Source of the DNA: an uncultured delta proteobacterium
Lineage (GTDB): Bacteria > Desulfobacterota > Desulfobacteria > Desulfobacterales > JAFDCJ01
Reading direction: 5' to 3'
DNA: 30,419 nt
Assembly (NCBI GenBank): GCA_963769935.1
Contig: CAVYNY010000002.1
Location: 1 to 30,419 of the forward strand
Each line of letters begins with the position of its first letter. Position 1 is the stretch's first letter. Shown one piece after another: positions 1 to 10,100 of the stretch. The notes under the pieces were generated by a model. It searched no databases. It saw only the letters and a list, made by a program, of their open reading frames with translations, and was not told where the DNA came from. Made by a program: the position numbers and the translations under genes.

Positions 1-505
1 ATCAATTTATGTTGGCGGACAGCATTAAAAACTCAGTGGCGTAAATAAATCCCTCAAACCAATCAAGATTAATCTCTTCAACCCTTCGGTTAAATCAATT
101 GAACATATCCGATCATACTAAAAAAGTGGTTGTCATTTTATATCCTTATGATAAACCATATGCCAAAATATTTTTATCGAAAATCCCGGTGGAGAAAACG
201 ACAGACGAAAATTACCATATTTTAATATCAAGGAGGGTCGCAGAGGACTCGTTGACAGAAGAAGCCTTAAGGACCAATATTTTATAGCTGGCAGAGTTTG
301 TCCCTCCCCAGGCATTTTCGCTCTGTCAGCTTAGGTGGCGGGGGGAGCCTTCAATAAGGTAGATTATAAAGGGCAGGTGCCTTATTGTTATTGCAATCCC
401 CGCCGCCGTTGTCAAAATAAAGATTCTATCTCTTTCACAATTTTATGCAACATACTATACTTTAAATCAAATAGTTGCCTTTCATTTCCAAAACCAAAGC
501 GTTAA

Positions 506-690
506 ATGGACAAATTTGAAAAAAATGGTCTGCTCAAAAACGATATATTGGCCAAAATCATGCTAAAGGTGTCCTCTTTTTTTAGTATGCCGCAGGCAGC
601 GAGCATCTGATGGCCCTGGTTAAAAAAGAGGATGTTCCTGTGGCTGAAATAGAAAAAATTATGCGTAACGACTTTCGACCAGCAGATTTT
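506..690 (+). pseudogene. Frameshifted, truncated N-terminus of an HDOD-domain-like protein
   Basis: ATG at 506 reads MDKFEKNGLLKNDILAKIMLKVSSFFSMPQAASI*. A neighbouring frame continues LMALVKKEDVPVAEIEKIMRND. Together they resemble the HDOD start (P-S-M-P...L...I..D-P); the rest of the domain is absent. Confidence 0.45.
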
Positions 691-710
691 TCAAAGACAG
701 GGGAGGGCAC

Positions 711-986
711 GTGAACAAACTGGATCTTATCAAAAACCTGATGGAAGAATGCCAACTTACAAAAAAGGAATCCGCCGCCGTCGTGGATTTATTTTTCAGC
801 AAAATATCAGATGCGCTTGCAGGCGGTGACCGGGTTGAAATCCGTGGGCTGTGTTCTTTTTTTGTTAAGGAATATAAATCCTATCAAGGCAGGAATCCCA
901 TGACCGGGGAAAGCGTTCGAGTGGCTCCGAAAAGATTGCCATTTTTTAAAATCGGAAAAGAATTGAAGGAGCGGGTGGATTATTGA
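711..986 (+). CDS. ihfB: Integration host factor beta / HU-family DNA-binding protein
   Basis: MNKLDLI start, GDRVEIRGLCSF, GRNPMTGE and PFFKIGKELKERV match the IHF/HU signature. GGGAGG lies before the GTG start. Confidence 0.9.
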   Translation: MNKLDLIKNLMEECQLTKKESAAVVDLFFSKISDALAGGDRVEIRGLCSFFVKEYKSYQGRNPMTGESVRVAPKRLPFFKIGKELKERVDY

Positions 987-1359
987 TTATATGAACCTTT
1001 GATCTTGCCCGACCCTATGGAATTGTATTGCTCCCCTCCAGATCTTTTTTGAAATTTTCACATTCCGACAAATCCTCCTTTCCTTTTATAACCTTGATAA
1101 GCATTTTCACCACTGATGGTTGATCTTTGATGACCAGGGTGTTTGTAGGCGAGTAAGCTGCAATTTTGCCTTTTAAGTAGTGTAGATTAATACTTGACAA
1201 CACTATTTTGATATTTTATCTATCCATCAGCCCTGCTCTCCATGTTTTTCCCAAAAACCGTGTTCTATTTCATTTCGACGATTCTGCCAGATACGCGGTC
1301 TTTGCAGAGATGTACTCAACAAACTTTAATAGACCCTCAAATTCTGAGGAAATTCCAAA

Positions 1360-1953
1360 ATGTCCACTCTAAAAGTGCCTTCTTATTCATTTGAGTATGG
1401 ATTGAGCAGACGTCATTTCCTGCGACTAATGGTTTGGGCTGGGTTGATTAGCTGTTCAACGAAATCCGTGTTTGCTTCCATCGAGGACACCACCCTGGAG
1501 GGACGTTTCCTTTCACTTTATAATCCGCTTTCGAAAGAGAATTTTAATGGGATTTACTGGTGCGATGGGGACTGTGTCGCCAGCGCCAAGGAAAATATCA
1601 ATCATATAATGCGGGATATCCGAACAGATGCGGTTAAAGAAATTGACCTAAATTTATTGGATCTAATTTTTGCAATTTCAACAAAACTACAGGTCAAGGA
1701 GCCTTTTACCGTAATTTCCGGATACCGGAGTCCGGAAACCAATGAGTTACTCCGAAAATGCGGCAGCGGTGCTGCAAAAAATAGTTACCACATTAAAGGT
1801 CAAGCGGTGGATATTCGAATACCGGGTTACAAAGCTTCAGTTTTAAGAAGGGCGGCATATGAATTAAAAATCGGCGGGGTAGGGTATTATCCCAAGCGCG
1901 GATTTGTGCATGTTGATGTTGGTCCAGTTCGATACTGGACCGGGAGTAAATAA
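1360..1953 (+). CDS. YcbK/DUF882 family peptidase M15 (MepK-like) with Tat-type signal
   Basis: SRRHFL twin-arginine motif; ISGYRSPETN, SYHIKGQAVD and GGVGYYP..GFVHVDVGPVRYW motifs. Confidence 0.9.
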   Translation: MSTLKVPSYSFEYGLSRRHFLRLMVWAGLISCSTKSVFASIEDTTLEGRFLSLYNPLSKENFNGIYWCDGDCVASAKENINHIMRDIRTDAVKEIDLNLLDLIFAISTKLQVKEPFTVISGYRSPETNELLRKCGSGAAKNSYHIKGQAVDIRIPGYKASVLRRAAYELKIGGVGYYPKRGFVHVDVGPVRYWTGSK

Positions 1954-2255
1954 CAATAGATCACCCAGGAATATTTTTCATTAAAGCCAGAATATTCGAC
2001 GATGGTCAAAAGCCATTCGTCTCTAAATATTGACACTGGTTCATTTATATAGACTTCCCTAAATCCAGACTCTAAGATAACATCAAAGGCGGCTCATCCG
2101 GGGCCACCTTTAATTCGAGAGGAAAAATAAAAACGTAGCCTCCCACCTCTCGTTTAACTAAAAATATTTTTCCACATTAAAAAAGATACTTATATGAATA
2201 AATTTAATCTTATAAATGAGATATTTTAATATTTTCGACTGGGTTCTCCTCAATT

Positions 2256-2537
2256 TTAACTGGATACAATTTCTTCGTACCATTTAGATGGCTTGTATTT
2301 TTGGTCCACAAACCCGGCTGCCTCAAGGCAGTTTCGAGCTAACTCAAACGTATGATAATCTAAGTCAAAGTCGTCCCATCCGATATGTCGCATATGCTGG
2401 TTTATTAACGTTAAATTTTGATCCTGACTTATGCAAATCGAATTCGCCAGGATTCTTAGATAGCCAGCTATTAAATTTTTATCGAGACCCTTGTGATTAA
2501 GTCTTTGGATCAATAATTGTCTTAGATCATTAGGCAT
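2256..2537 (-). CDS. Hypothetical protein
   Basis: 93-aa ATG ORF with protein-like composition (HIGWDDFDLDYHTFELA); no family recognised. Confidence 0.65.
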   Translation of the reverse strand: MPNDLRQLLIQRLNHKGLDKNLIAGYLRILANSICISQDQNLTLINQHMRHIGWDDFDLDYHTFELARNCLEAAGFVDQKYKPSKWYEEIVSS

Positions 2538-2931
2538 CGAAATAATTTCTTATTGGTTAATCGACAAACTTGAAAGAGTATTGTCTTTTCCACCGCAGTA
2601 CCCTTAGGCATTTAAATGACAAAAAGTCAAATTGCCTCAGAAGGGATTAGCTGAGAATTTAACCCCTAAAAAATTTGCTTCTAACCCATTAAAATATCAT
2701 TGTTTTTTGTCGATAGCATCTAACCAATTACAATAACTTGGAAAATAATTTATTGTAATTGAAGTAATTTCAGTATCTTATAAAATAACTACATTTTAAG
2801 CTGAAAGCACAATCTGTTAAAATCCTCATATTTCGTCATTTTTAAAGAAATATTAAATAATTGATTCGAAAAATTTATATTAGTCAGGTCTATCCCTTTC
2901 TTTTAATTGACAGTTATTTCCGACGCTTTTC

Positions 2932-4002
2932 CTAGTTAACCTCGAATCGAATAGTTTCAAGCACTTTACCGTCCGCCGAGGTTATATCTACCCTCCACTG
3001 GCCGATATATCGCTTGTCTGAAATGGTTTTATAGCTCCAGGTTCTCCATTGGTTAGATTTAACGACCAGTGACACCTCGCTGACCTTTTGCTCATTGAAA
3101 TAGTATATGTGCTTTATTGATAACGGTGGATTCGTGCAATCAATCATGCTCCAAATGTAAACTTTTCCCTTTGACCACTGAAAGGAATTACCGATATCAA
3201 TGGGACCTCTGTCCTTGATCCCTCCACTGGCGATTGCTTTGACCACTTTAATTCCATCTTCCGCATTTGGTTGGATTTGCACTCCCTGGGTCACTGAATC
3301 TGTATTCAGAGGAGGAGTTTTAGTATTTAAAGTTTCCGACTCCGCCCGACTTTCTGAAATTTTTTCAGTCGCCTGTTGGTTAATATTTGGTTCCGGTAAT
3401 GCATTAGCTACACCTTCCAGATTTTTAGGAGGTGCTGTGTTTTGAATATTAGAATTCGTTTGTTTTAATTTTAGTCCCTCTGGTGTAAGCTCTATTATTT
3501 GGTTTCTTGAAGTTTGATATTCATTTTGCTTAGGATTCTTATAGGTCTTTTGTAATTTTGCATCATCCGTTCTTTGAAATATAAAATAGAAAAAGCCCGC
3601 CAACGACAGAATTATCATGAAAAAGGCTAAACTCAGAATCCAGGTTTTTTTTGAAATAATGGTGAGACTCTTGAATCGCGAATTTTTTCCTATGCTTGTA
3701 TCAGTTTGATTCGTTAACTCGCTCTCCGGATTTGACGAATCATATTTTTTGATTGCTTCATTCTCGTCTATACCTATGAACGTCGCATAAGATGAGATGT
3801 ATGCTTTAATGTAGGGGCCTCCAGGAAGATTTGCAAAATCGTCTTTTTCGAGGCAATTTAAATACCATTTTGATATTTTGGTGTGATGAGAAATTTCACT
3901 TAAACTAATTTTTTTTGCTTCCCTACTGCTCTTTAGGTAAGTCCCCACGGTTTGCATGGTAAAATTTTCCAAAATATTTATTTTAGCAATTTCCCCGATC
4001 AT
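2932..4002 (-). CDS. RodZ-like HTH + TM + DUF2914-like C-terminal domain protein (start may be the internal MQTVG)
   Basis: VGTYLKSSREAKKISLSEISHHTKIS..YL..LEKDDFANLPGGPYIKAYISSYA matches the RodZ HTH. One TM helix follows. The C-terminal WRTWSYK....GQWRVDI matches DUF2914. Confidence 0.85.
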   Translation of the reverse strand: MIGEIAKINILENFTMQTVGTYLKSSREAKKISLSEISHHTKISKWYLNCLEKDDFANLPGGPYIKAYISSYATFIGIDENEAIKKYDSSNPESELTNQTDTSIGKNSRFKSLTIISKKTWILSLAFFMIILSLAGFFYFIFQRTDDAKLQKTYKNPKQNEYQTSRNQIIELTPEGLKLKQTNSNIQNTAPPKNLEGVANALPEPNINQQATEKISESRAESETLNTKTPPLNTDSVTQGVQIQPNAEDGIKVVKAIASGGIKDRGPIDIGNSFQWSKGKVYIWSMIDCTNPPLSIKHIYYFNEQKVSEVSLVVKSNQWRTWSYKTISDKRYIGQWRVDITSADGKVLETIRFEVN

Positions 4003-4422
4003 GGTCGGCTAACAGATTAATTATCAAGAAGGAAAGTTGACTGGGGAAAAAGATTAAGAAGTTTTAATTTCAATGAAGAACCTATCTCGTAACGAAAAAT
4101 GTGCAAAGGGTCAATAAGAAAAATGATTGCTCTACCATATTATTATGTTGTAGCAGATAAGTACCTAAAATTTATATAAAACTCAACTAAGTCATGGGCG
4201 ATGGAATTTTAGATTCATACTTGCAAAAGTCGTGCTAATATGTTGTCGTTTCTTATTCGGTTATTTTATCAGATACTTAAGATGATCTAAAAATCTCAGA
4301 ATTTAAATTTTCTGTAAAAAATTGCATTAGCAGAGTATCTTATTTTGTACATAATATCAGGATTAGAATTCGAGATCTTTGGGAAGAAATATTTGGTTTA
4401 TACGCCGTAACTATAGAGGGAT

Positions 4423-4701
4423 TTGTTAATAGTCATGCACTCCACGCAAAAAAATTCGTATTCAATTGAAAATGTGATGTATCCATCGGACCCAAAGGCT
4501 TGTGCGCGGCAGATTGTTAAGGAATCGATTAACAGGATTCTATCAGGAAAATTTGATGTTCCCACGTTGGAGGGAATGGAATCGATCCTGAGCAGAAATT
4601 TTGAAAATCCCTTTGATGAGCATCACGCTATTCAGAGCATCAAAGCTTCACATCCCTCGTGGGATAAATTGATGATTTCGGAGGAATTGGATTGGAAATA
4701 A
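4423..4701 (+). CDS. Hypothetical protein, possibly a 3'-truncated remnant
   Basis: 92-aa ORF ending about 80 bp before the tRNA fragment; no family recognised. Confidence 0.4.
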   Translation: MLIVMHSTQKNSYSIENVMYPSDPKACARQIVKESINRILSGKFDVPTLEGMESILSRNFENPFDEHHAIQSIKASHPSWDKLMISEELDWK

Positions 4702-4782
4702 TCGGAAAAAACCTGTAAAATCATATCCAATAATTTCAATCGCTTATAATAATTTGAGGAGGTTAGGAAACCCAGAGGTTCT

Positions 4783-4829
4783 GACTACGAATCCGTCGGT
4801 CGCAGGTTCAAATCCTGCCTGGCGCACCA
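4783..4829 (+). mobile_element. 3' fragment of tRNA-Arg(ACG), probable att-site duplication
   Basis: GA-CTACGAA-TCCGT anticodon loop, T arm GCAGG-TTCAAAT-CCTGC, acceptor 3' strand CTGGCGC-A-CCA. No 5' acceptor strand (GCGCCAG) or D arm upstream, and the 5' anticodon stem pairs only 2 bp. Confidence 0.85.
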
Positions 4830-4896
4830 TCTAGATGAAATGGAAGGAAATTGGGAAAAACAACTTTTGCCCATTTAAATGCAAATAATTACTACG

Positions 4897-6357
4897 CTAA
4901 AGTAATTTAACTACAACCAGCGTTACATCGTCTTCCTGGGGGGCGTTGCCGCGAAATTCCTGCAGGGTATCGACAACGGCATCCCGGATAGTTTTTGCCG
5001 GAGCATCGGCCTGCCGGCGGATAATGTCGCGCAAACGTTGCTGACCGAACATTGCGCCGGATTCATTCCGGGCCTCATGAATGCCGTCTGTTCCGATCAG
5101 GATGATGTCGGCGGAATTCCATCCGGTCTGCGAAAATTGCTCATATTTAAAATTTTCATCCACCCCCAGTGCCATCCCTTTGCCGTTCAGTTCGACAAAA
5201 GATTTTCCCGCCTGCTTAAAGACCAGTGCCGGTTCGTGACCAGCTCGCACCCATCGCAAAGATTTTCTTTTTACATCAATTTCTAAAAAGAACAGGCTCA
5301 TAAAATTGCCGGTCTGGGAGCTGTCGCGGGTGACATATGTATTGACGCTGCTAAGAAGTAGGGCCGGTCCCTGATAATCACGGATAGCAAAATGAAGAAA
5401 GGCTCGAACCGTTGCCATATGAATGGCCGCGCCGACGCCATGGCCGGATGCATCGGCTACCACAATACCCAGCCGTTCCTCCGGCAAGTTAAAGTAATCG
5501 TAATAATCTCCGCCGGTTTCGTCGCAGTAGATACTGGCGCCGGCCATATCCAACCCCGCTGCCTGCGGGTCATGCCGGGGCAGTAGATTCTGTTGAAGCT
5601 CCTCGGCCAGCTTGAGGGCACTGATAAGCTGGATGCGATGCCGCAGGCCATCGATCATATTGTTGGTATGTCCGGCAATTAACCCGAACTCATCATTGGT
5701 GGCAACCGGTACTTTTTGTGCGAGATTACCCTGACTGACCTGTTCCAGCACCCGGGTTTCATTGTTAAAAAGGAGTCTCAGGTTGCGGGAATATGAAATG
5801 ATCAGGTTCACTACCAGGATCATTAGAATGACCATGATAAAAAATATTTCGGTGGTGACCGACATTTGAGCGTGGGCAATGGAAGCCGCATCCTGTCCGA
5901 TTTTGGACAGCCAGACTATATCGCGGGTAAAGACCAGAATCAGGACCAATGCCACGAACAAAGCGGTTGTCAACGCCACGAAGGAAAATTTGCGGGTCAT
6001 TGAAAACAGGCGTTTGGGCAGCGGCAGGGTGTCAGAGCGTGACATTGCTTGCAGGATGAGATACCTTTCCCGCGCCAGGGACGAGTCCAGGCCGATAAAA
6101 AAGCCTGCCACCGCACATCCAACCATCATCGAGATGGTGTTGAAAAGCGGCAGGTCATAAGAAATAAGATTGTGAGTGTTCAGCAAAACACCGGCGAACA
6201 GACACACCCCCATCTCAAGCATGAAGGTGCGTTTGGACTGTGAAGTTTCGGTTGCCCGGCGAACAAAATAAAACCTGAACGGGGCGCTTAGCGCCAGGGC
6301 GACCAGAAACGAGGCCAGAATGACAGCCCCCAGCGTCACGGGGGGCAGGGTCTCCAA
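4897..6357 (-). CDS. Membrane HAMP + SpoIIE/PP2C (RsbU-like) phosphatase
   Basis: Several N-terminal TM helices, HAMP (NDEFGLIA..TNNM), GGDYYD, VADASGHG, RAGHEP, TDGIHE, DDVT. Confidence 0.92.
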   Translation of the reverse strand: METLPPVTLGAVILASFLVALALSAPFRFYFVRRATETSQSKRTFMLEMGVCLFAGVLLNTHNLISYDLPLFNTISMMVGCAVAGFFIGLDSSLARERYLILQAMSRSDTLPLPKRLFSMTRKFSFVALTTALFVALVLILVFTRDIVWLSKIGQDAASIAHAQMSVTTEIFFIMVILMILVVNLIISYSRNLRLLFNNETRVLEQVSQGNLAQKVPVATNDEFGLIAGHTNNMIDGLRHRIQLISALKLAEELQQNLLPRHDPQAAGLDMAGASIYCDETGGDYYDYFNLPEERLGIVVADASGHGVGAAIHMATVRAFLHFAIRDYQGPALLLSSVNTYVTRDSSQTGNFMSLFFLEIDVKRKSLRWVRAGHEPALVFKQAGKSFVELNGKGMALGVDENFKYEQFSQTGWNSADIILIGTDGIHEARNESGAMFGQQRLRDIIRRQADAPAKTIRDAVVDTLQEFRGNAPQEDDVTLVVVKLL

Positions 6358-6487
6358 AACCGGTCAGACTTGCCCGCCATAAAAGGTTAAGGCAACAATG
6401 GCAAATGCATACTGGATTGGGATTCGCATGATTACTCCGCCCTGAAAAACAGCATATTGTGTATAATTTCAGCCTTTTTAATTTGTT

Positions 6488-6590
6488 AGCCACGAATTGA
6501 CACGAATAATCACGAATTACGGCAATAGGCGAAAGCAGGGTCACTTACAGTGAAATTTAATTTCGTGAAAATTCGTGTTAATTCGTGGCT
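6488..6590. repeat. Inverted pair of CACGAA 10-mer repeat arrays
   Basis: AGCCACGAATTGACACGAATAATCACGAATT at 6488 is the near reverse complement of ATTTCGTGAAAATTCGTGTTAATTCGTGGCT ending at 6590. Confidence 0.8.
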
Positions 6591-6684
6591 TCTTTCAAAC
6601 AGATAAATTAAGCTAAATTGTTGCGTTTTTCTGTGAAGACCGAAGAATGGTGCTGTATCGTAGCGCCGCGGATTAATTAGTGGA

Positions 6685-7155
6685 TTAATTAAGCAATTTT
6701 TCCGCAATATTATGGAACCATCCTTTTCCAGAGGTTCGAACGATGCAGACTTGTTTTAAAAACTTCACAAAATCCGGATTGGTTTTCTTATAGGCGAGGA
6801 TTCTGTTCATTGAGAAAATATTATCAAGATTTGGAGGCGTCACCCCGATATCGGTCTCCCGCTGAACGGCTTCCATAATGATCGAAAGGGCATAGATTGT
6901 CAACTTTTCGGCCATTTCTTCCGGTGTTACATCAACCTGATCACCGTGCTGGTAGTTTAAAATTTCATATACGCAAGCCATTAAAACCGGGTCGGCGATA
7001 TCCTTCGGATCCTTGCATTCGTAGAGGTCAAAGTTGCTGTCGAGAAAGTCTTCCGACAACTTCTGCAGATTTCTAATCCATTCACTGTTTAAATTATGCG
7101 GTAAAACGGCTGTGGGGCCATAGCTTAAAACTTCATTGCTGAAACGGGATAGCAT
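6685..7155 (-). CDS. Hypothetical protein
   Basis: 156-aa ATG ORF with upstream GAGGAAAGG; no family recognised. Confidence 0.75.
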   Translation of the reverse strand: MLSRFSNEVLSYGPTAVLPHNLNSEWIRNLQKLSEDFLDSNFDLYECKDPKDIADPVLMACVYEILNYQHGDQVDVTPEEMAEKLTIYALSIIMEAVQRETDIGVTPPNLDNIFSMNRILAYKKTNPDFVKFLKQVCIVRTSGKGWFHNIAEKLLN

Positions 7156-7426
7156 CCGGTGGCCCTTTCCTCAGACTGAGTGTTAATTTCACCACGCATT
7201 TCCTAATTAACATTTGCCAATCACCTTGTTTTTTTCATTTGCTACAAATTTTGTCAAGAAAATAACCGGTTACAGAAATTCTTTTACGGCAATGCGGATT
7301 GGAGAAAAGCGCCATCATTTTCAAATGTCTCGAAATCGTAGGGACTTTGCAGGAACTGCAAATGAATGTTGCGTTTAGATTAAATCATTTACATGTTCTG
7401 TCATCTGAAGACGGTTGAGGACGGTG

Positions 7427-7461
7427 AAAAAAAAGAGGGCGGTCTGGCTACAACCGCCCTC
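7427..7461 (-). terminator. Rho-independent terminator
   Basis: On the - strand, a GAGGGCGGT/ACCGCCCTC stem is followed by T8. Confidence 0.75.
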
Positions 7462-7675
7462 GTGATGTAGGAGGTAAACAGTTACATTGCCTTATCTTGC
7501 GGGGTGACTCAGACACCCTGAGTCACCCTTATAAGAAAAGGAGGAGGCAGAAGAAAGCAAGTGGCATCCCACTCGCTTCCCTCAGTGAAGTTCGGCTTGC
7601 AATATCCGAACTGTTTATAAAGAGACATTAATTCTGATATGGTTACAATTAAAAGTTGGATATGACAAAGTAGAA

Positions 7676-8629
7676 CTATATGGACATCCCATATTCCTTG
7701 TGTAAAAATTCCAGATTGCCCTGGGCATTGTCATACTTCGTTTTCCCATAATTATAAAAATCGAACTTAATTGTTGATATGTTCAGTTGTATCAAACTCC
7801 ATAAAAACCAGAAGATATCGGGAAATGGCTTAAACAGGTCGATGAAATAAAGGGTTTTGTCAAATTCCCGGTCATGGCAGTATTCCTTGACAATGGCTTT
7901 TTCTGATTTGCGCGGCGCGAGAACTTCCTGGAACATGTCGGCAATGTCGTAATACTTCGGCGCCATGCCGGCATACTCCCAGTCAATGATATACAGGGGT
8001 GAATCATACAGGTGCTCAAAACCCTCTTTGATCAGGATAAAATTATCTGCCAGCAGGTCGTTGTGGCAGGCGACATACTGTGACGGCGGCATGCTGATGA
8101 TTGCATCCAATTGTTCCAGGCGCCGGATGGTTCCGGCAATGTCGAATTCGGGATAGTTGACGTTGAGTCCATCCAGGATTGAATCCATTTTTTTGACTTC
8201 GCCCAGAGGGTTGAACATTTTTTTAAACTCGACGCCGCTGTTGTGGATCTTTCGGATCGGATCCACAATTTTGGCGTGCAGCGATTCGTCTAAAAAGTTG
8301 GCATTTTTCAGTACAATGCTATCGTCGATAAAATCGACGATTGTGACACCCAACTCGGGCATATATCTTACCAATCTGGAAGAGACGCCGATCTTAGCCA
8401 TTTCGGACAGGGCATGCGCCTCATAATCCCGGTTGATGAAAAGTTCGGTTTTGTCGCCGTAGATACGGACCGACAGATCCCCTTTTTCGGATTTGACGCG
8501 ATACAGTTTATTGGTGATTCCGCCGCTCAGCTTCGATATTTCAATGTCGCAATCTTTCCACTCCGGGTAAATTCCAACGAATACGCTATCATTGAATTCC
8601 ACTTCCAAAAGGTTCTTTTTTCGCTCCAT
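7676..8629 (-). CDS. Choline/ethanolamine kinase family phosphotransferase (LicA-like)
   Basis: LSGGITNKLY, VRIYG..TELFINRDYE, CHNDLLADNF (Brenner motif), IIDWEYAG. Start moved to MERKK (8629), which follows GAAGGAG. Confidence 0.92.
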   Translation of the reverse strand: MERKKNLLEVEFNDSVFVGIYPEWKDCDIEISKLSGGITNKLYRVKSEKGDLSVRIYGDKTELFINRDYEAHALSEMAKIGVSSRLVRYMPELGVTIVDFIDDSIVLKNANFLDESLHAKIVDPIRKIHNSGVEFKKMFNPLGEVKKMDSILDGLNVNYPEFDIAGTIRRLEQLDAIISMPPSQYVACHNDLLADNFILIKEGFEHLYDSPLYIIDWEYAGMAPKYYDIADMFQEVLAPRKSEKAIVKEYCHDREFDKTLYFIDLFKPFPDIFWFLWSLIQLNISTIKFDFYNYGKTKYDNAQGNLEFLHKEYGMSI

Positions 8630-8776
8630 ATAAAAAGCTCCTTCGACTCGTCGTAGATGCAGCCCGGACATTCCGGAACCAAACATCAAATTTTTATCGC
8701 AGACGCAGGACTAGACCCTATGAATTTATTCTTTGGACGATGGGCCCGCGGGAATGATCGCCAGTGGCCGGCCTTA

Positions 8777-10099
8777 TCAATCGAAATATAAATTGGGCAG
8801 CCACAGAGCTATCTGGGGAAACACCATCAAAATAACCAACCCCACTATCATCACCAGCACAAAGGGTACGATTGAACGGTAAATATCCCCCAGCGTTATC
8901 CCGGGAGGTGCCATGGCTTTCATCAGAAACAGGTTATAGCCGAAAGGAGGCGTCATGTACGCTATCTGACAGGTTACCGTATAGAGAACACCAAACCAGA
9001 TCGCGTCGAAGCCCAGCTTCTGCACCAGGGGAACGTAAAGGGGCGCGACAATGATAAGCATGGCCGTATCGTCCAGAAACATGCCCATCACGATGAAGGT
9101 AAATTGCATCATGATGATGATTCCCCATGGACCGAATCCCCACTCTTCCCGGAAGAGAAGCTCGATGGCATGTACGGCGCCGAGACCGTCAAAAACGGAG
9201 CTGAAGCCAAGCGCCGCCAGAATAACCCACATAAACATGCAGCTGACGCTCAGCGTTTCTCTCAGGGTATTTAAAAGCACCTGCCGGGTCAGCCGGCCTT
9301 TGAAGAGCGCAGCAAGGGTCGTCACGGCCGCACCGACAGCCGAACATTCCACAAGACTGGTGTAGCCCAGCAGGAACAGTCCGGTCATGGAAAAGATAAT
9401 GACAAGCGGAAGTATCCCGGCCTGGAGCAACCGCAACCGTTCTCCCCAGCTTATCTGCTGTCGCTCTTCCTTGGATAACGCCGGTCCCATGCTTGGCTGG
9501 AGTGCACATCGAATCATGATGTACGCGATCATCAGCCCCCCCAACAGGAGACCGGGAAAAACACCGGCCAACCAGAGCCTGCCGACCGGTTGTCTGGCGA
9601 TCATTCCATACAGGACGAGGACTACGCTGGGCGGAACCATGATGCCCAGGGAACTGCCGCCTTGGACGACACCGGTTATCATTACCTTGTCATAATTGCG
9701 CTTAAGCATTTCCGGCAGGGCGATACTGGCGCCAATCGCCATGCCGGCGACACTCAGGCCGTTCATGGCCGCGATTGCCATCATAAGTCCCATGGTTCCG
9801 ATGGCCAAACCACCATTGATCGGTCCCATCCAGACATGGAACATCCGGTAGAGATCGTCCGCAATTCCAGACTCGGAAAACATATACCCCATGAAAACGA
9901 ACATCGGCAACGTGAGGAGCGCATACCAGTTCATCAGGACAAAGGCTGCGTGAAACGGCATCTCCGAAGCGCCCTTGCCCCATAATAAGAGCGCGAAAAT
10001 CGTAGCCACCGCTCCTATCGCAGCAAAGATTCGTTGTCCGGTAATCAGCATGACCATCATGGCCACAAACATCAGGATAGCGATAAGTTGGTAGCTCAT
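8777..10099 (-). CDS. dctM: TRAP transporter large permease
   Basis: Highly hydrophobic 440 aa; LGIMVPPSVVLVLYG and YMTPPFGYNLF motifs. Confidence 0.95.
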   Translation of the reverse strand: MSYQLIAILMFVAMMVMLITGQRIFAAIGAVATIFALLLWGKGASEMPFHAAFVLMNWYALLTLPMFVFMGYMFSESGIADDLYRMFHVWMGPINGGLAIGTMGLMMAIAAMNGLSVAGMAIGASIALPEMLKRNYDKVMITGVVQGGSSLGIMVPPSVVLVLYGMIARQPVGRLWLAGVFPGLLLGGLMIAYIMIRCALQPSMGPALSKEERQQISWGERLRLLQAGILPLVIIFSMTGLFLLGYTSLVECSAVGAAVTTLAALFKGRLTRQVLLNTLRETLSVSCMFMWVILAALGFSSVFDGLGAVHAIELLFREEWGFGPWGIIIMMQFTFIVMGMFLDDTAMLIIVAPLYVPLVQKLGFDAIWFGVLYTVTCQIAYMTPPFGYNLFLMKAMAPPGITLGDIYRSIVPFVLVMIVGLVILMVFPQIALWLPNLYFD

Positions 10100-10100
10100 G

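Noticed and set aside
99..1203. Short ORFs 99-287 (+) and 1015-1203 (-)
   Set aside because: Non-ATG starts and no recognisable family; they may be remnants but cannot be supported.
4222..4238. Sigma-54 promoter on the - strand (TAGCACGACTTTTGCA)
   Set aside because: Spacing is right, but the near-invariant -24 GG is AG; too weak to call.
4760..4829. Intact tRNA-Arg gene
   Set aside because: No 5' acceptor strand or D arm; only the anticodon loop to CCA is present.
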